64,000 bases of DNA, from NCBI GenBank assembly GCA_041287635.1, contig JBGGNG010000149.1:3424-67423 (forward strand), given 5' to 3'. This DNA comes from Actinomycetota bacterium. Its GTDB lineage: Bacteria; Actinomycetota; UBA4738; HRBIN12. The notes under the pieces were generated by a model, which was not told the origin of the DNA, did no database searches, and worked only from the letters and a program-made list of their open reading frames with translations. The position numbers were made by a program, and so were the translations under genes. This document shows, one piece after another, positions 37,927 to 46,447 of this stretch (positions are counted from its first letter, which is position 1; every line of letters starts with the position of its first letter).

Positions 37927-38015
37927 CCGGCCGAGCCTACCGGAGCGAGGCTGGGCCAGCCGTCCGCGCACGCCATGTCGAGGTCCTTCCTCGTGGAGCA
38001 GGCTATCCTCACCCG

Positions 38016-39131
38016 ATGACCGAGCCACCTGCTGCCGTCGTGGAGGACCCGACGGCCGACCCCGCCGCGAAGAAGCACTCGCCGACCCGCCGGATCGTCT
38101 CGGGGGTCATCTCCCTCCTCATCGTCGGCGGCATCTTCGTCTTCGCGATCCCGAAGGTGGCCGACTACTCCGCGGTCTGGAAGGCGTTCGAGTCGCTCAC
38201 GGGCCTCGAGCTGCTCTCCCTGTTCGCCGCCACGGTCTTCAACCTGTTCACCTACTGGTGGGCGAACATGGCGGCGCTGCCCGGGCTGAAGCTGAGTCGG
38301 GCGGCGGTGCTCACCCAGACGACCACCTCGGTCGCGAACACGTTGCCGGGCGGCGGCGCGATCGCCGTCGGCCTCACGTACACGATCTTGAAGTCGTGGG
38401 GGTTCACGGGCACCGACGTCGCGCTGTACGTCGGCGTGACCGGCATCTGGAACATCTTCGTTAAGCTCGCGCTCCCGGTGATCTCACTCGTCTTCCTCGT
38501 GATCGCCGGCGAGAGTGGATCTGCGTACGTGGTCGCGGCCATCGTCGGCGTGATCGTGCTGGCGATCGCGGTGGGCCTGCTCTCGGCGCTCTTCGTGAGC
38601 GAGCGGTTCGCCCGCCGCATCGGTGATGGGTTCGGCCGGGTCCTCTCGTTCTTCATGAAGCTGTTCCGCAAGCCCCCGAGGACCGACACGGGAGATCGAG
38701 CCGTACAGTTCCGGGCCGACACGATCGGGCTGGTGGAGCGTCGGTGGGTGCGTCTGAGCCTCACGACGATCCTGAGCCAGGTCGCCCTCTACTTCGTGCT
38801 GCTGCTCTCCCTGCGGAACATGGGGGTGTCCGAGCAAGAGGTGAGCGCCGCCCAGGTGTTCGCGGTGTTCTCGTTCAGCCGCTTGCTCTCGGCTGTGCCG
38901 ATCACGCCGGGTGGGGTCGGGGTGATCGACCTCGGCTACATCGGTGGCCTCGCGGCCGCCGCGCCGGATGGTGAGAAGGCGGCGATCGTCGCCGCCGTAC
39001 TGATGTTCCGCGCACTGACCTACGGCATCCAGATACCGCTCGGTGCGTTCACCTACCTGATCTGGAAGGGGAAGAAGGATTGGCGGCGCGAGTCGCCGAC
39101 CGACGTCGAGTCGGAACCCTCCCCCGCCTAG
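38016..39131 (+). CDS. UPF0104 / lysyl-PG-synthase-TM (MprF flippase-like) membrane protein, stand-alone
   Basis: 371 aa, about 8 TM segments. C-terminal motif VPITPGGVGVIDLGYIGGL resembles the PGG.G..E signature of this family. Confidence 0.65.
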   Translation: MTEPPAAVVEDPTADPAAKKHSPTRRIVSGVISLLIVGGIFVFAIPKVADYSAVWKAFESLTGLELLSLFAATVFNLFTYWWANMAALPGLKLSRAAVLTQTTTSVANTLPGGGAIAVGLTYTILKSWGFTGTDVALYVGVTGIWNIFVKLALPVISLVFLVIAGESGSAYVVAAIVGVIVLAIAVGLLSALFVSERFARRIGDGFGRVLSFFMKLFRKPPRTDTGDRAVQFRADTIGLVERRWVRLSLTTILSQVALYFVLLLSLRNMGVSEQEVSAAQVFAVFSFSRLLSAVPITPGGVGVIDLGYIGGLAAAAPDGEKAAIVAAVLMFRALTYGIQIPLGAFTYLIWKGKKDWRRESPTDVESEPSPA

Positions 39132-39145
39132 GTCGCCCGTCCTGG

Positions 39146-39859
39146 TCAGGACAGTCGAGGATCGAGAGGGTCTCCGGGGGGGGCCTGAGGCCGAGCGATC
39201 ACCCCGCGAGCACTGAGCGCGTTCGTCACCTCTGTCACCAGGGCGGCCGACCCGAGCGCGATGCCGGTGCCGAGCAGCACCCCGGTCAACACGTCGGAGA
39301 ACCAGTGAGCCGACAGGTACACGCGCGAGAGCGCCATCACGTACGTGAACCCGATCGCGAGTAGCTCCCACTCCCGACGCCGTGGCCCGGGGGGGAAGAA
39401 CACGAGCACCAAGGCGACGGCCAGCGCGGCGCCGGCGACGGCATGCCCCGACGGGAAGGAGAACCCGTTCGTCTCCACGAGGGGGTTCGGGGGACGCCCG
39501 CGGTGGAAGAAGATCTTCAGCCACGTGAGCAGGGCTTCGGACGCGACCCAGACCAGCACGAAGGTGGAGAGGGCAACCCAGCGCCGGCGGAGGAGCAGCC
39601 ACCCCGCGACCAGGATCCTCAGGGGGATCGTGACGAGGCCGCCGCCGACGATGCTCAGGAACGTGAAGAGGCCTGTCAGCGTGCCGACCCGCACGTCGTC
39701 GGCCCAGCGCTCGACCGTGGCGTCGAACTCGCCGATGAACGGCACCGTGGTCAGCGGCGCCAGCTCCTCGGGATGACGACCCACGGCGACGAGCATGAAC
39801 ACGAGACACGCGAGCAGCCCCAGGGAGAACCTGAAGGCGCGCCGGTGATCGGTCAGCAT
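39146..39859 (-). CDS. PAP2 family lipid-phosphate phosphatase (motifs intact)
   Basis: KIFFHRGRP, PSGH and SRVYLSAHWFSD make the complete C1-C2-C3 acid-phosphatase signature. 237 aa, multi-TM. Confidence 0.8.
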   Translation of the reverse strand: MLTDHRRAFRFSLGLLACLVFMLVAVGRHPEELAPLTTVPFIGEFDATVERWADDVRVGTLTGLFTFLSIVGGGLVTIPLRILVAGWLLLRRRWVALSTFVLVWVASEALLTWLKIFFHRGRPPNPLVETNGFSFPSGHAVAGAALAVALVLVFFPPGPRRREWELLAIGFTYVMALSRVYLSAHWFSDVLTGVLLGTGIALGSAALVTEVTNALSARGVIARPQAPPGDPLDPRLS

Positions 39860-39869
39860 CGTGGTGAGC

Positions 39870-40436
39870 CTATCCGGCGCACGGTGGCGCTCCGGCCCCG
39901 CAGACCGTGAGGTCGAGCTCGCGGCGGACCTCGGCGACGATCGCCGCCCGGGGCAGCGTCGACACCGCGCGGTCGGCCTCGATCACGAGGGCGGGCTCCG
40001 ACCCCCCGGCGAACCGATAGCGGGAGACGATGCACCCTCCGTCGAACACGAGCATCCGCGATCCGACGAACGGATCGAGGCTCTCGGGCAACTGGAACGT
40101 GCGCATGCCGATCTCGTCCGGCGCCGGGGGAACCTCCACAGCTTGGCTGACGTCGCAGCGAGCCATCAGCTCGACCTCGACGGCATGGACCCCGGCCCGA
40201 TCGTGGTCGAGCCAGAGCGTGGTCCCGCTGTCGCGCACGAGCGACCCGGCGAACCGCCACCCGATCGGCAGCTCCGCGATGCAAGGGATCCGAGTGGCCG
40301 AGGGCACCGACTGTGCCTCCAGGACGAGGATCGAGCCATCGAGATGGGCACAGACCGGCTGTTGGGGGTTGTCCGCCGAACACGCCACGGTCACGGACAT
40401 CAGCGTGATCGAGAGCGCGATCGCGGGCCACCTCAT
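39870..40436 (-). CDS. Cys-rich lipoprotein of unknown function
   Basis: MRWPAIALSITLMSVTVAC lipobox. The ATG overlaps the upstream stop (ATGA at 40433-40436). 8 Cys in the mature part. Confidence 0.55.
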   Translation of the reverse strand: MRWPAIALSITLMSVTVACSADNPQQPVCAHLDGSILVLEAQSVPSATRIPCIAELPIGWRFAGSLVRDSGTTLWLDHDRAGVHAVEVELMARCDVSQAVEVPPAPDEIGMRTFQLPESLDPFVGSRMLVFDGGCIVSRYRFAGGSEPALVIEADRAVSTLPRAAIVAEVRRELDLTVCGAGAPPCAG

Positions 40437-42121
40437 GCAAATACCGCCCAGTTCGATGCGATCAGCCCGAGCACGATGAACGCCACGAGCACCACCCCGA
40501 TCGTGAGCAGGATGCGCCGGACGCTCCACCGCTGGATCTTCATCGGCGCACGCTCGGGAGCGAGCGCCTGGAACTCGGTCAAGAGGTCGCGGCCGTCCTC
40601 CTTCATCATCGTGCGCAGTTGGGTGGGGCTCGCCACGCCTCGCGTCGCCGAGAAGGCCTCCGCGATCTCGTCGGGGGAGAACAGGCGCAAGGCGTGCTCG
40701 TACACGCGCTGTGCGTCGGAGCGCAGGCCGAGGACCATCATCATGTTCGCGAGGTCGACGGCCTGACGCCAGGGGGAGGGGCGCACCTGCACGAAGAAGA
40801 CGTCGATCAGTTTCAGGTCTCCGTCGAGCACCATGAGGTTGGCTGGCTTGATGTCACGGTGGGCCAGGCCCTCGTCCCACATCTCGCGCACGAGCTGCAG
40901 CCCTTGATCGATCACGCGGTCGTCGATCTCCGCCTCGCCGATCTCCACGGCGCCGTCGAAGAACTCCATCACGATCATGTATTCGCGTTCGGGGGTGATC
41001 TCGACGACGCCGTAAGGGCGCGGCACGGGCAGGTCGAGATCCTCCATCAGCCTGAGGGTGTAGTCCTCGTACTCCACGAACCGGCGCACGGTCTGGAAGG
41101 GCGACTCGTCCTCGAGCTTGCCGTACAGGATCGTGCGTCCGAGCTTGTACCAGCGGTCGGCTCGCACGTGGCTCTTCGCGTACAGCTTCGCGAACAGCAC
41201 CCGCTCCGTGCCGGATCCCTCCTCGCGCACCCGCAGCCGCAACGGCGTCGAGCCGCCCGATCCTTCCAACCCCACGGGTTGTACGTCGAGGACGCGGTAT
41301 CCGAGCTGGTCGCGGACGGCGGTGGCGATGGCCTCGCCCCGTCGCCCACCGACGTCCAGATGCGCCGCCTTCCCGCGCCGATAGGTCACGGGGAAGACGT
41401 CGTTGGGCGCGAACCAGCGGAACGCCGTGAGCCCGATCGCGACGCCGAGCACGGCGCCGAAGATCGCATCGGTCGGGTGATCGATCGCCAGGTACACCCG
41501 GGCGAGGCCGACGACGACGAGCAGACCCCCGGTCGCCCATTTCGCGGCATCCCGCCAGCGCCCGTGTGGGATCAACGAAAACGTGATGCCGACCAGCGTG
41601 ACCGCGAGAGCGGCGAGTCCCCTCGAGGGCATCGAGAAGTCCTGCCACGGTCCGATCGTGACCACGTCGAGCGGCCGAGGCCGGTGGATCCCCAGCGTGA
41701 GTCCGTACGTCACGAAAGCCTCGACGATCAAGGCACCGAGGAACACCAGCAGGTGCCGCCATCGGCGGACGACGATCAAGGTCGCGATCGTTCCCCATCG
41801 CAGGAAGCGGATGATCCACCGTGAGGTGAGGAGCGCGATCGTCTCCATGACGTCGGTGAGGGGAGCGGTGCGCCACGATGCGAACCACCGGAGGACCGCC
41901 GTGTCGATCCGATGGAAGAGGCGTTCCGACGGCTCGAACAAGACGACACCGATCACCGTGGCCACGAAGTAGGCGGCCATGAACAGCCAGAACTTCCCGC
42001 TCCGCCCGAGCTCCCGCGGCAGGGGCGGCGCCTCGCCGGAGGGGCGCCGTCGGACGTCGGGGCCGAGCAGGCGGCGCCGGCGCTCGTGCGTGGTCTCGTT
42101 CGTCGGCTCGGCGGTGTCCAT
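40433..42121 (-). CDS. Membrane fusion protein: degenerate PAP2-like TM domain + WaaP/Kdo-like kinase domain + C-terminal TM helix (paralogue 2)
   Basis: 562 aa. PAP2-like GIHRPRP / MPSRG / ARVYLAIDHPTD. Kinase GLEGSGGST, LFAKLY, AHRDIKPANLMV, LIDVFF, WRQAVDLANMM. Purine-rich RBS GAGGGAAGAGAG upstream. Confidence 0.7.
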   Translation of the reverse strand: MDTAEPTNETTHERRRRLLGPDVRRRPSGEAPPLPRELGRSGKFWLFMAAYFVATVIGVVLFEPSERLFHRIDTAVLRWFASWRTAPLTDVMETIALLTSRWIIRFLRWGTIATLIVVRRWRHLLVFLGALIVEAFVTYGLTLGIHRPRPLDVVTIGPWQDFSMPSRGLAALAVTLVGITFSLIPHGRWRDAAKWATGGLLVVVGLARVYLAIDHPTDAIFGAVLGVAIGLTAFRWFAPNDVFPVTYRRGKAAHLDVGGRRGEAIATAVRDQLGYRVLDVQPVGLEGSGGSTPLRLRVREEGSGTERVLFAKLYAKSHVRADRWYKLGRTILYGKLEDESPFQTVRRFVEYEDYTLRLMEDLDLPVPRPYGVVEITPEREYMIVMEFFDGAVEIGEAEIDDRVIDQGLQLVREMWDEGLAHRDIKPANLMVLDGDLKLIDVFFVQVRPSPWRQAVDLANMMMVLGLRSDAQRVYEHALRLFSPDEIAEAFSATRGVASPTQLRTMMKEDGRDLLTEFQALAPERAPMKIQRWSVRRILLTIGVVLVAFIVLGLIASNWAVFA

Positions 42122-42152
42122 CTCGTCGCTCTCTTCCCTCGTTCGCGCGATG

Positions 42153-43067
42153 CTACTCGGCGGTGTTCCCGAGGTGGTGATCGTCCAGCCATCTGGCCGC
42201 AGCGACCGCCGGAGCGACGCCCGAGCTGACGAGGGCGTTGAGCGCTCGGAGCTCGGTCGTGGTCAGCTCGGCCGATACCGCGTCGATCGCCTCTGTCAGT
42301 CCGGGACCGAAGCGCTCGATAGCGTCACGTCGCACGAGCGGCGTCACGTTCTCCGCGGGCTGTAGTCGTCGATCGTCCCGCAGCAGCACGAGCCCATGCT
42401 GGGCGAGGCTGCCGTCGCTCGTGAAGAGCACCCCGACGTCCACCGTTCCCTGCTGGACCGCCGCTGCCGTGACCGGTCCACCCGCGTCGAGGGGCAGGAA
42501 CGACGCGAATTCCAGCCCGTAGGTCTTGGCGAAGCCCAGCAGGCAGAGTTCGCGCTCCGGGCATTCAGGGGGACCACCGATCGTCATCGCGGACGCGACG
42601 CTCCGCAGGTCGCTCACGCTGCGCAGCCCATGCTCCGTCGCGGTCCGGGTCGTGACCACGAGCCCGTTCCTGCTCTGCGCGGGAGCTGGCTCGAGCGCTT
42701 CGATACCGCGCGAGCCGAGCGAGACTCGCAGCGTCGCCAGCGACGAGTCTGGGTCAACCGAAGGCTGGCCGCCCAGGAAGGCGACGGCGCTCCCCGCGTA
42801 GTCGGGCACGACCTCGATCAATCCACGCTCGAGCGCCGGCAGCACCACCTCGCGCGTCCCGACGCGACGGGCGTGTCGAACCTCGAAGCCCTGCGAACGC
42901 AGTGCGCCGGCGTAGACCTCGGCGAGCGTCTCGCTCTCGTCGAAGTCGAACGAGGCGATCGTGATCGCGTCGTCGTCGAGCGTGTGGTCCACGGGTGCGC
43001 TCGACCCACACGCGGCGATCGACGCCGCGATCACGATCAGGAGCACGCCCAAAGCCTTCCCGCCCAT
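42153..43067 (-). CDS. OpuAC-family (glycine betaine/choline-type) substrate-binding lipoprotein, orphan
   Basis: Lipobox LIVIAASIAAC. ITIASFDFDESETLAEVYAGALRSQGFEV...GTREVVLPALERGLIEVVPDYAGS matches the osmoprotectant SBP signature. No permease or ATPase gene in the window. Confidence 0.75.
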   Translation of the reverse strand: MGGKALGVLLIVIAASIAACGSSAPVDHTLDDDAITIASFDFDESETLAEVYAGALRSQGFEVRHARRVGTREVVLPALERGLIEVVPDYAGSAVAFLGGQPSVDPDSSLATLRVSLGSRGIEALEPAPAQSRNGLVVTTRTATEHGLRSVSDLRSVASAMTIGGPPECPERELCLLGFAKTYGLEFASFLPLDAGGPVTAAAVQQGTVDVGVLFTSDGSLAQHGLVLLRDDRRLQPAENVTPLVRRDAIERFGPGLTEAIDAVSAELTTTELRALNALVSSGVAPAVAAARWLDDHHLGNTAE

Positions 43068-43153
43068 GCCGAGAACGGTACTCCAGCGACCGGCGGGGGG
43101 TCGTTGTGGCGTCGCGTGGGACGGGCGGATCGCGTCGGCTAGGCTCTCGCGCG

Positions 43154-44098
43154 ATGCGGATCGTGCACGGGTTCGATGCGTTGCCGTTGCCCGAGAAGGC
43201 TTCCGTCGTGACGGTCGGGTTCTTCGACGGCGTCCACCTCGGACACCGATCGGTGATCGATACGACCGTCTCCCGGGCACGCGATCGCGGGATCCCGTCG
43301 ATCGGGATCACGTTCGACCGTCATCCTCGAGAGATTCTCACGCCGGGCAGCGAGCCTCGCCTACTGACCACGGTGGATCGGAAAGCGGGCCTCATCGAAG
43401 CGAGCGGGCTCGACGTGCTGGTCGTGCTCGAGTTCACCCAGGCGTTCTCGCGGATCCCGGCCGAGGACTTCGTTCGGACCGTGCTCGTCCAAGGCGTCCA
43501 CGCACGTCATGCAGCGATGGGTGCGAACTTCACGTTCGGCTTCAAGGCCGAGGGCACGGTGGCGACGCTGCCCGAGATGGGCGCCCCGTACGGCCTGACC
43601 GCGGAAGGGGTGCCCTTGTTCGAGCTCGGCGGCCGGACGGTGTCGTCGTCGTCGATCCGTGACGCCCTCGCTGGGGGCGATCTGACGTGGCCGGCGAAGG
43701 CGCTCGGGCGGCGCTTCGTGCTCGACGGCGAGGTGACCTCGGGGCACGGCCGGGGGAAGGGGCTCGGCTACCCGACCGCCAACCTGCGCACGTGGCCTCG
43801 GCTGCTCCTGCCCGGACAGGGGATCTACGCGGGCGTGGCTGAACTCCATGGGCGGCGCTACAGGACCGCGATCGATGTCGGCACGAACCCCACGTTCGGC
43901 GTCGAACCCTTGCACGTGGAGGCGTTCCTGCTCGACTTCGAGGGCGACGAGCTCCAAGGCGAGCCGCTCGCGATCGAGTTCTGGGAACGCCTGCGCGACG
44001 AGATCCGCTACGACTCGATCGACGAGCTGATCGCGGCGATCGCCGACGACGTCGACCGCACGCGGGCCATCGTGCCCGACGATCAAATCGGCCGATGA
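43154..44098 (+). CDS. ribF: Bifunctional riboflavin kinase / FMN adenylyltransferase
   Basis: VVTVGFFDGVHLGHRSV, GHGRGKGLGYPTANL. 314 aa from ATG 43154. Confidence 0.9.
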   Translation: MRIVHGFDALPLPEKASVVTVGFFDGVHLGHRSVIDTTVSRARDRGIPSIGITFDRHPREILTPGSEPRLLTTVDRKAGLIEASGLDVLVVLEFTQAFSRIPAEDFVRTVLVQGVHARHAAMGANFTFGFKAEGTVATLPEMGAPYGLTAEGVPLFELGGRTVSSSSIRDALAGGDLTWPAKALGRRFVLDGEVTSGHGRGKGLGYPTANLRTWPRLLLPGQGIYAGVAELHGRRYRTAIDVGTNPTFGVEPLHVEAFLLDFEGDELQGEPLAIEFWERLRDEIRYDSIDELIAAIADDVDRTRAIVPDDQIGR

Positions 44099-44760
44099 CC
44101 GGCTTCTGCGCGGCGACCAGCCCGACCCTCCCGCAACAGTCGCCACGCGAGACGCGTCGTGAACACCAACGGGATCGTGATGCCGATCCGCTGCACGATG
44201 CCGTTCCCCGGCCGCACGACGTCGCGGGCGAAATACGACATCACGCCGCTCGACGCGATCGACGCTCCCGCGGCCGGCAGGGCCATGTCCTGCAAGCCGG
44301 GCTCGATGCGCAAGCGGGCAGCGAGCGCGAGGAGCCCCGCCGTCGCGCAGATATGGCCACCGACCGAGGCGAGATCGTGGGCGTCGTTCACCCATGACTG
44401 GCGTTCCAGGGGTTCGCCCGGCATCGGCCAGTTCGACATCCGGTCGCGTCGCATGAGACCGGCGGCGCAGATCGCGATCCCCGACGCACCGAGCAGGGCG
44501 GGTCCCGGCCCGCCGTCGCCGAGGCGGCGCTCGAGCGAGGCGGCGAAGCCGATCGTGCCGAGGCCGAGTGCCCAGAAGCCGGCGGTCATCACGCCCGGGA
44601 CCCGGGCGTCCGGCGCGGCCAGCCCGCTGATGTGCTCGTTCGCGAGCGCGTAGCCGGGCTGACGCCGGCTCGCCCCGATCCACGCGGTCGTGAACAGGAC
44701 GGGGCCGACCAGGCCACACGACTGGAGGAGGCGGTCACCGAGCGAAGGCATCGTCGCCAT
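44083..44760 (-). CDS. Hypothetical polytopic membrane protein (DUF998-like?)
   Basis: About 225 aa from ATG 44760, with 5-6 hydrophobic segments. The upstream part of the track ORF is Arg/Pro-rich and non-coding-like. The family assignment is only a guess. Confidence 0.5.
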   Translation of the reverse strand: MATMPSLGDRLLQSCGLVGPVLFTTAWIGASRRQPGYALANEHISGLAAPDARVPGVMTAGFWALGLGTIGFAASLERRLGDGGPGPALLGASGIAICAAGLMRRDRMSNWPMPGEPLERQSWVNDAHDLASVGGHICATAGLLALAARLRIEPGLQDMALPAAGASIASSGVMSYFARDVVRPGNGIVQRIGITIPLVFTTRLAWRLLREGRAGRRAEAGHRPI

Positions 44761-44819
44761 CGTAGCCACGCTCTCGGCGGCGGGCCGCTGCGCGGACGAG
44801 ATCGTGGGAGGATCCGCCC

Positions 44820-46175
44820 GTGCGGGCACGTGACATGGTGATGCGCTCGATCGCTCGGCTCGCCGCCCTGGGGTGGTTCCGCTCGGTCGAGACGGGCGGG
44901 GTCGAGCGGGTCCCGTTGCGAGGGCCGACGCTCGTGGTCGCCAACCACGACGGGGGGTTCGTCGATCCCGTCCTCCTCGCCTCGACGCTGCCGCGGTTTC
45001 CTCGATTCCTTGCGATGGCCGGTCTCTGGCGGACCCCGGCTCGGCCGTTCCTGTGGCTCGCCGGAGCGATCCCGGTGGTCCGCGCATCCGACGGCACGAC
45101 GTCGGAGAACTCCCGGGCGTTCGCCGCCTGCCACGACGTCCTGTCCAAGCAGGGCATCGTGGCGATCTTCCCTGAGGGGCGGGCGAGCGACGAGGTGCGG
45201 CTGCTGCCCGTGAAGACCGGGGCCGCCCGGATCGCTCTCGGCTCGCATGCCGCCGGCGCCGAAGGTCTTCTCATCGTGCCGGTCGGGCTGATCTACGAGG
45301 ACAAGTCGACAGCGCGTGCCCGCGTCTACGTGCGCGTCGGCGTTCCGATCGATCTCGACGCCGAGCTTCCGTCGCTCGTGTCGACCGGAGGCGCTGCCGA
45401 CGAGGACGATCGGCACACGGTCGCGGCGCTCACTGCGACGATCCGAGAACGCCTCGCCGCGGTCGCCTTGGACTTCGAGAGCGCGGCGCAGATGTCGTCG
45501 CTCGGGCTCGCCGCCACGATCGCCCTGCGACCCATCGATGCCGACCCCGGCTGGCGACCCACGTTCTCGGCTCGCGAGGATCTCACGACCCGGCTGGGCG
45601 ACGCGCCCGAGGTACAGCAGTCCGCGGTCCGCGTCGCCGCCGACGCCTATCGGGCCGGGTTGGAAGCCAACGCGATCACCGACGCCGCCGTCGCGACCGA
45701 CTCGCGACGGCACCGACGGGTGCATCTCGCGGGAGTGGCGGTCGCGGTGCTGGCCGCTGCGCCGGCCGTGGTGGGTGTGCTGGTCAACGCCGTGCCGGGC
45801 ACACTCACCTGGCTCGTAGGACGGCGATCGATGGCTCCAGTGACACGGGCGACCGTGAAGTTCCTGGTCGCGTTCGTCTGCTTCCCGCTGACCTGGCTCG
45901 TCGTCCGCTACCTCCCGCCGGTGCGCGATTCGGCGCACCCGTGGTTGATCGCGACGCTGATCGGCCCCGTCTGTGGTCTCGCGGCTGCGTGGTTCGTGGC
46001 GCGCCTGCAGCGCGCCCGACGGGCCCGCGTCAACCTGCGCCGACTCGCCGGGGCGGGTGCCTCCCTCGACGACCTCCGTGCCCGGCGTGACCGCGTCGTG
46101 GAGGCGGTTGGCGTCGTCACGGCCGAAGATCGGTTCGGTCAGGCCGGCGTGCCCGCTGGTAGGCTTGGCGACTGA
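44820..46175 (+). CDS. PlsC-family lysophospholipid acyltransferase with C-terminal membrane extension
   Basis: HX4D motif [22 protein letters not shown]. About 200 extra C-terminal residues with two TM segments. Confidence 0.75.
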   Translation: MRARDMVMRSIARLAALGWFRSVETGGVERVPLRGPTLVVANHDGGFVDPVLLASTLPRFPRFLAMAGLWRTPARPFLWLAGAIPVVRASDGTTSENSRAFAACHDVLSKQGIVAIFPEGRASDEVRLLPVKTGAARIALGSHAAGAEGLLIVPVGLIYEDKSTARARVYVRVGVPIDLDAELPSLVSTGGAADEDDRHTVAALTATIRERLAAVALDFESAAQMSSLGLAATIALRPIDADPGWRPTFSAREDLTTRLGDAPEVQQSAVRVAADAYRAGLEANAITDAAVATDSRRHRRVHLAGVAVAVLAAAPAVVGVLVNAVPGTLTWLVGRRSMAPVTRATVKFLVAFVCFPLTWLVVRYLPPVRDSAHPWLIATLIGPVCGLAAAWFVARLQRARRARVNLRRLAGAGASLDDLRARRDRVVEAVGVVTAEDRFGQAGVPAGRLGD

Positions 46176-46177
46176 CC

Positions 46178-46447
46178 ATGACGTTGACCAAGGAATCGAA
46201 GTCCCAGATCATCGCCGAGTACGCGCGTTCCGACGGCGATACCGGCTCGGCCGAGGTGCAGATCGCGGTGCTGACGACCCGCATCGCCGAGCTGACCGAG
46301 CATCTCAAGACCCACAAGCACGACCACGCGTCGCGCCGCGGCCTGCTGAAGATGGTCGGTCGTCGGCGTCGCCTCCTCGACTACCTCCGCAACGAGGACA
46401 TCGAGCGGTACCGCGACGTGATCGCGCGTCTGGGCCTGCGTCGCTGA
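46178..46447 (+). CDS. rpsO: 30S ribosomal protein S15
   Basis: 89 aa. [34 protein letters not shown]. Confidence 0.95.
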   Translation: MTLTKESKSQIIAEYARSDGDTGSAEVQIAVLTTRIAELTEHLKTHKHDHASRRGLLKMVGRRRRLLDYLRNEDIERYRDVIARLGLRR

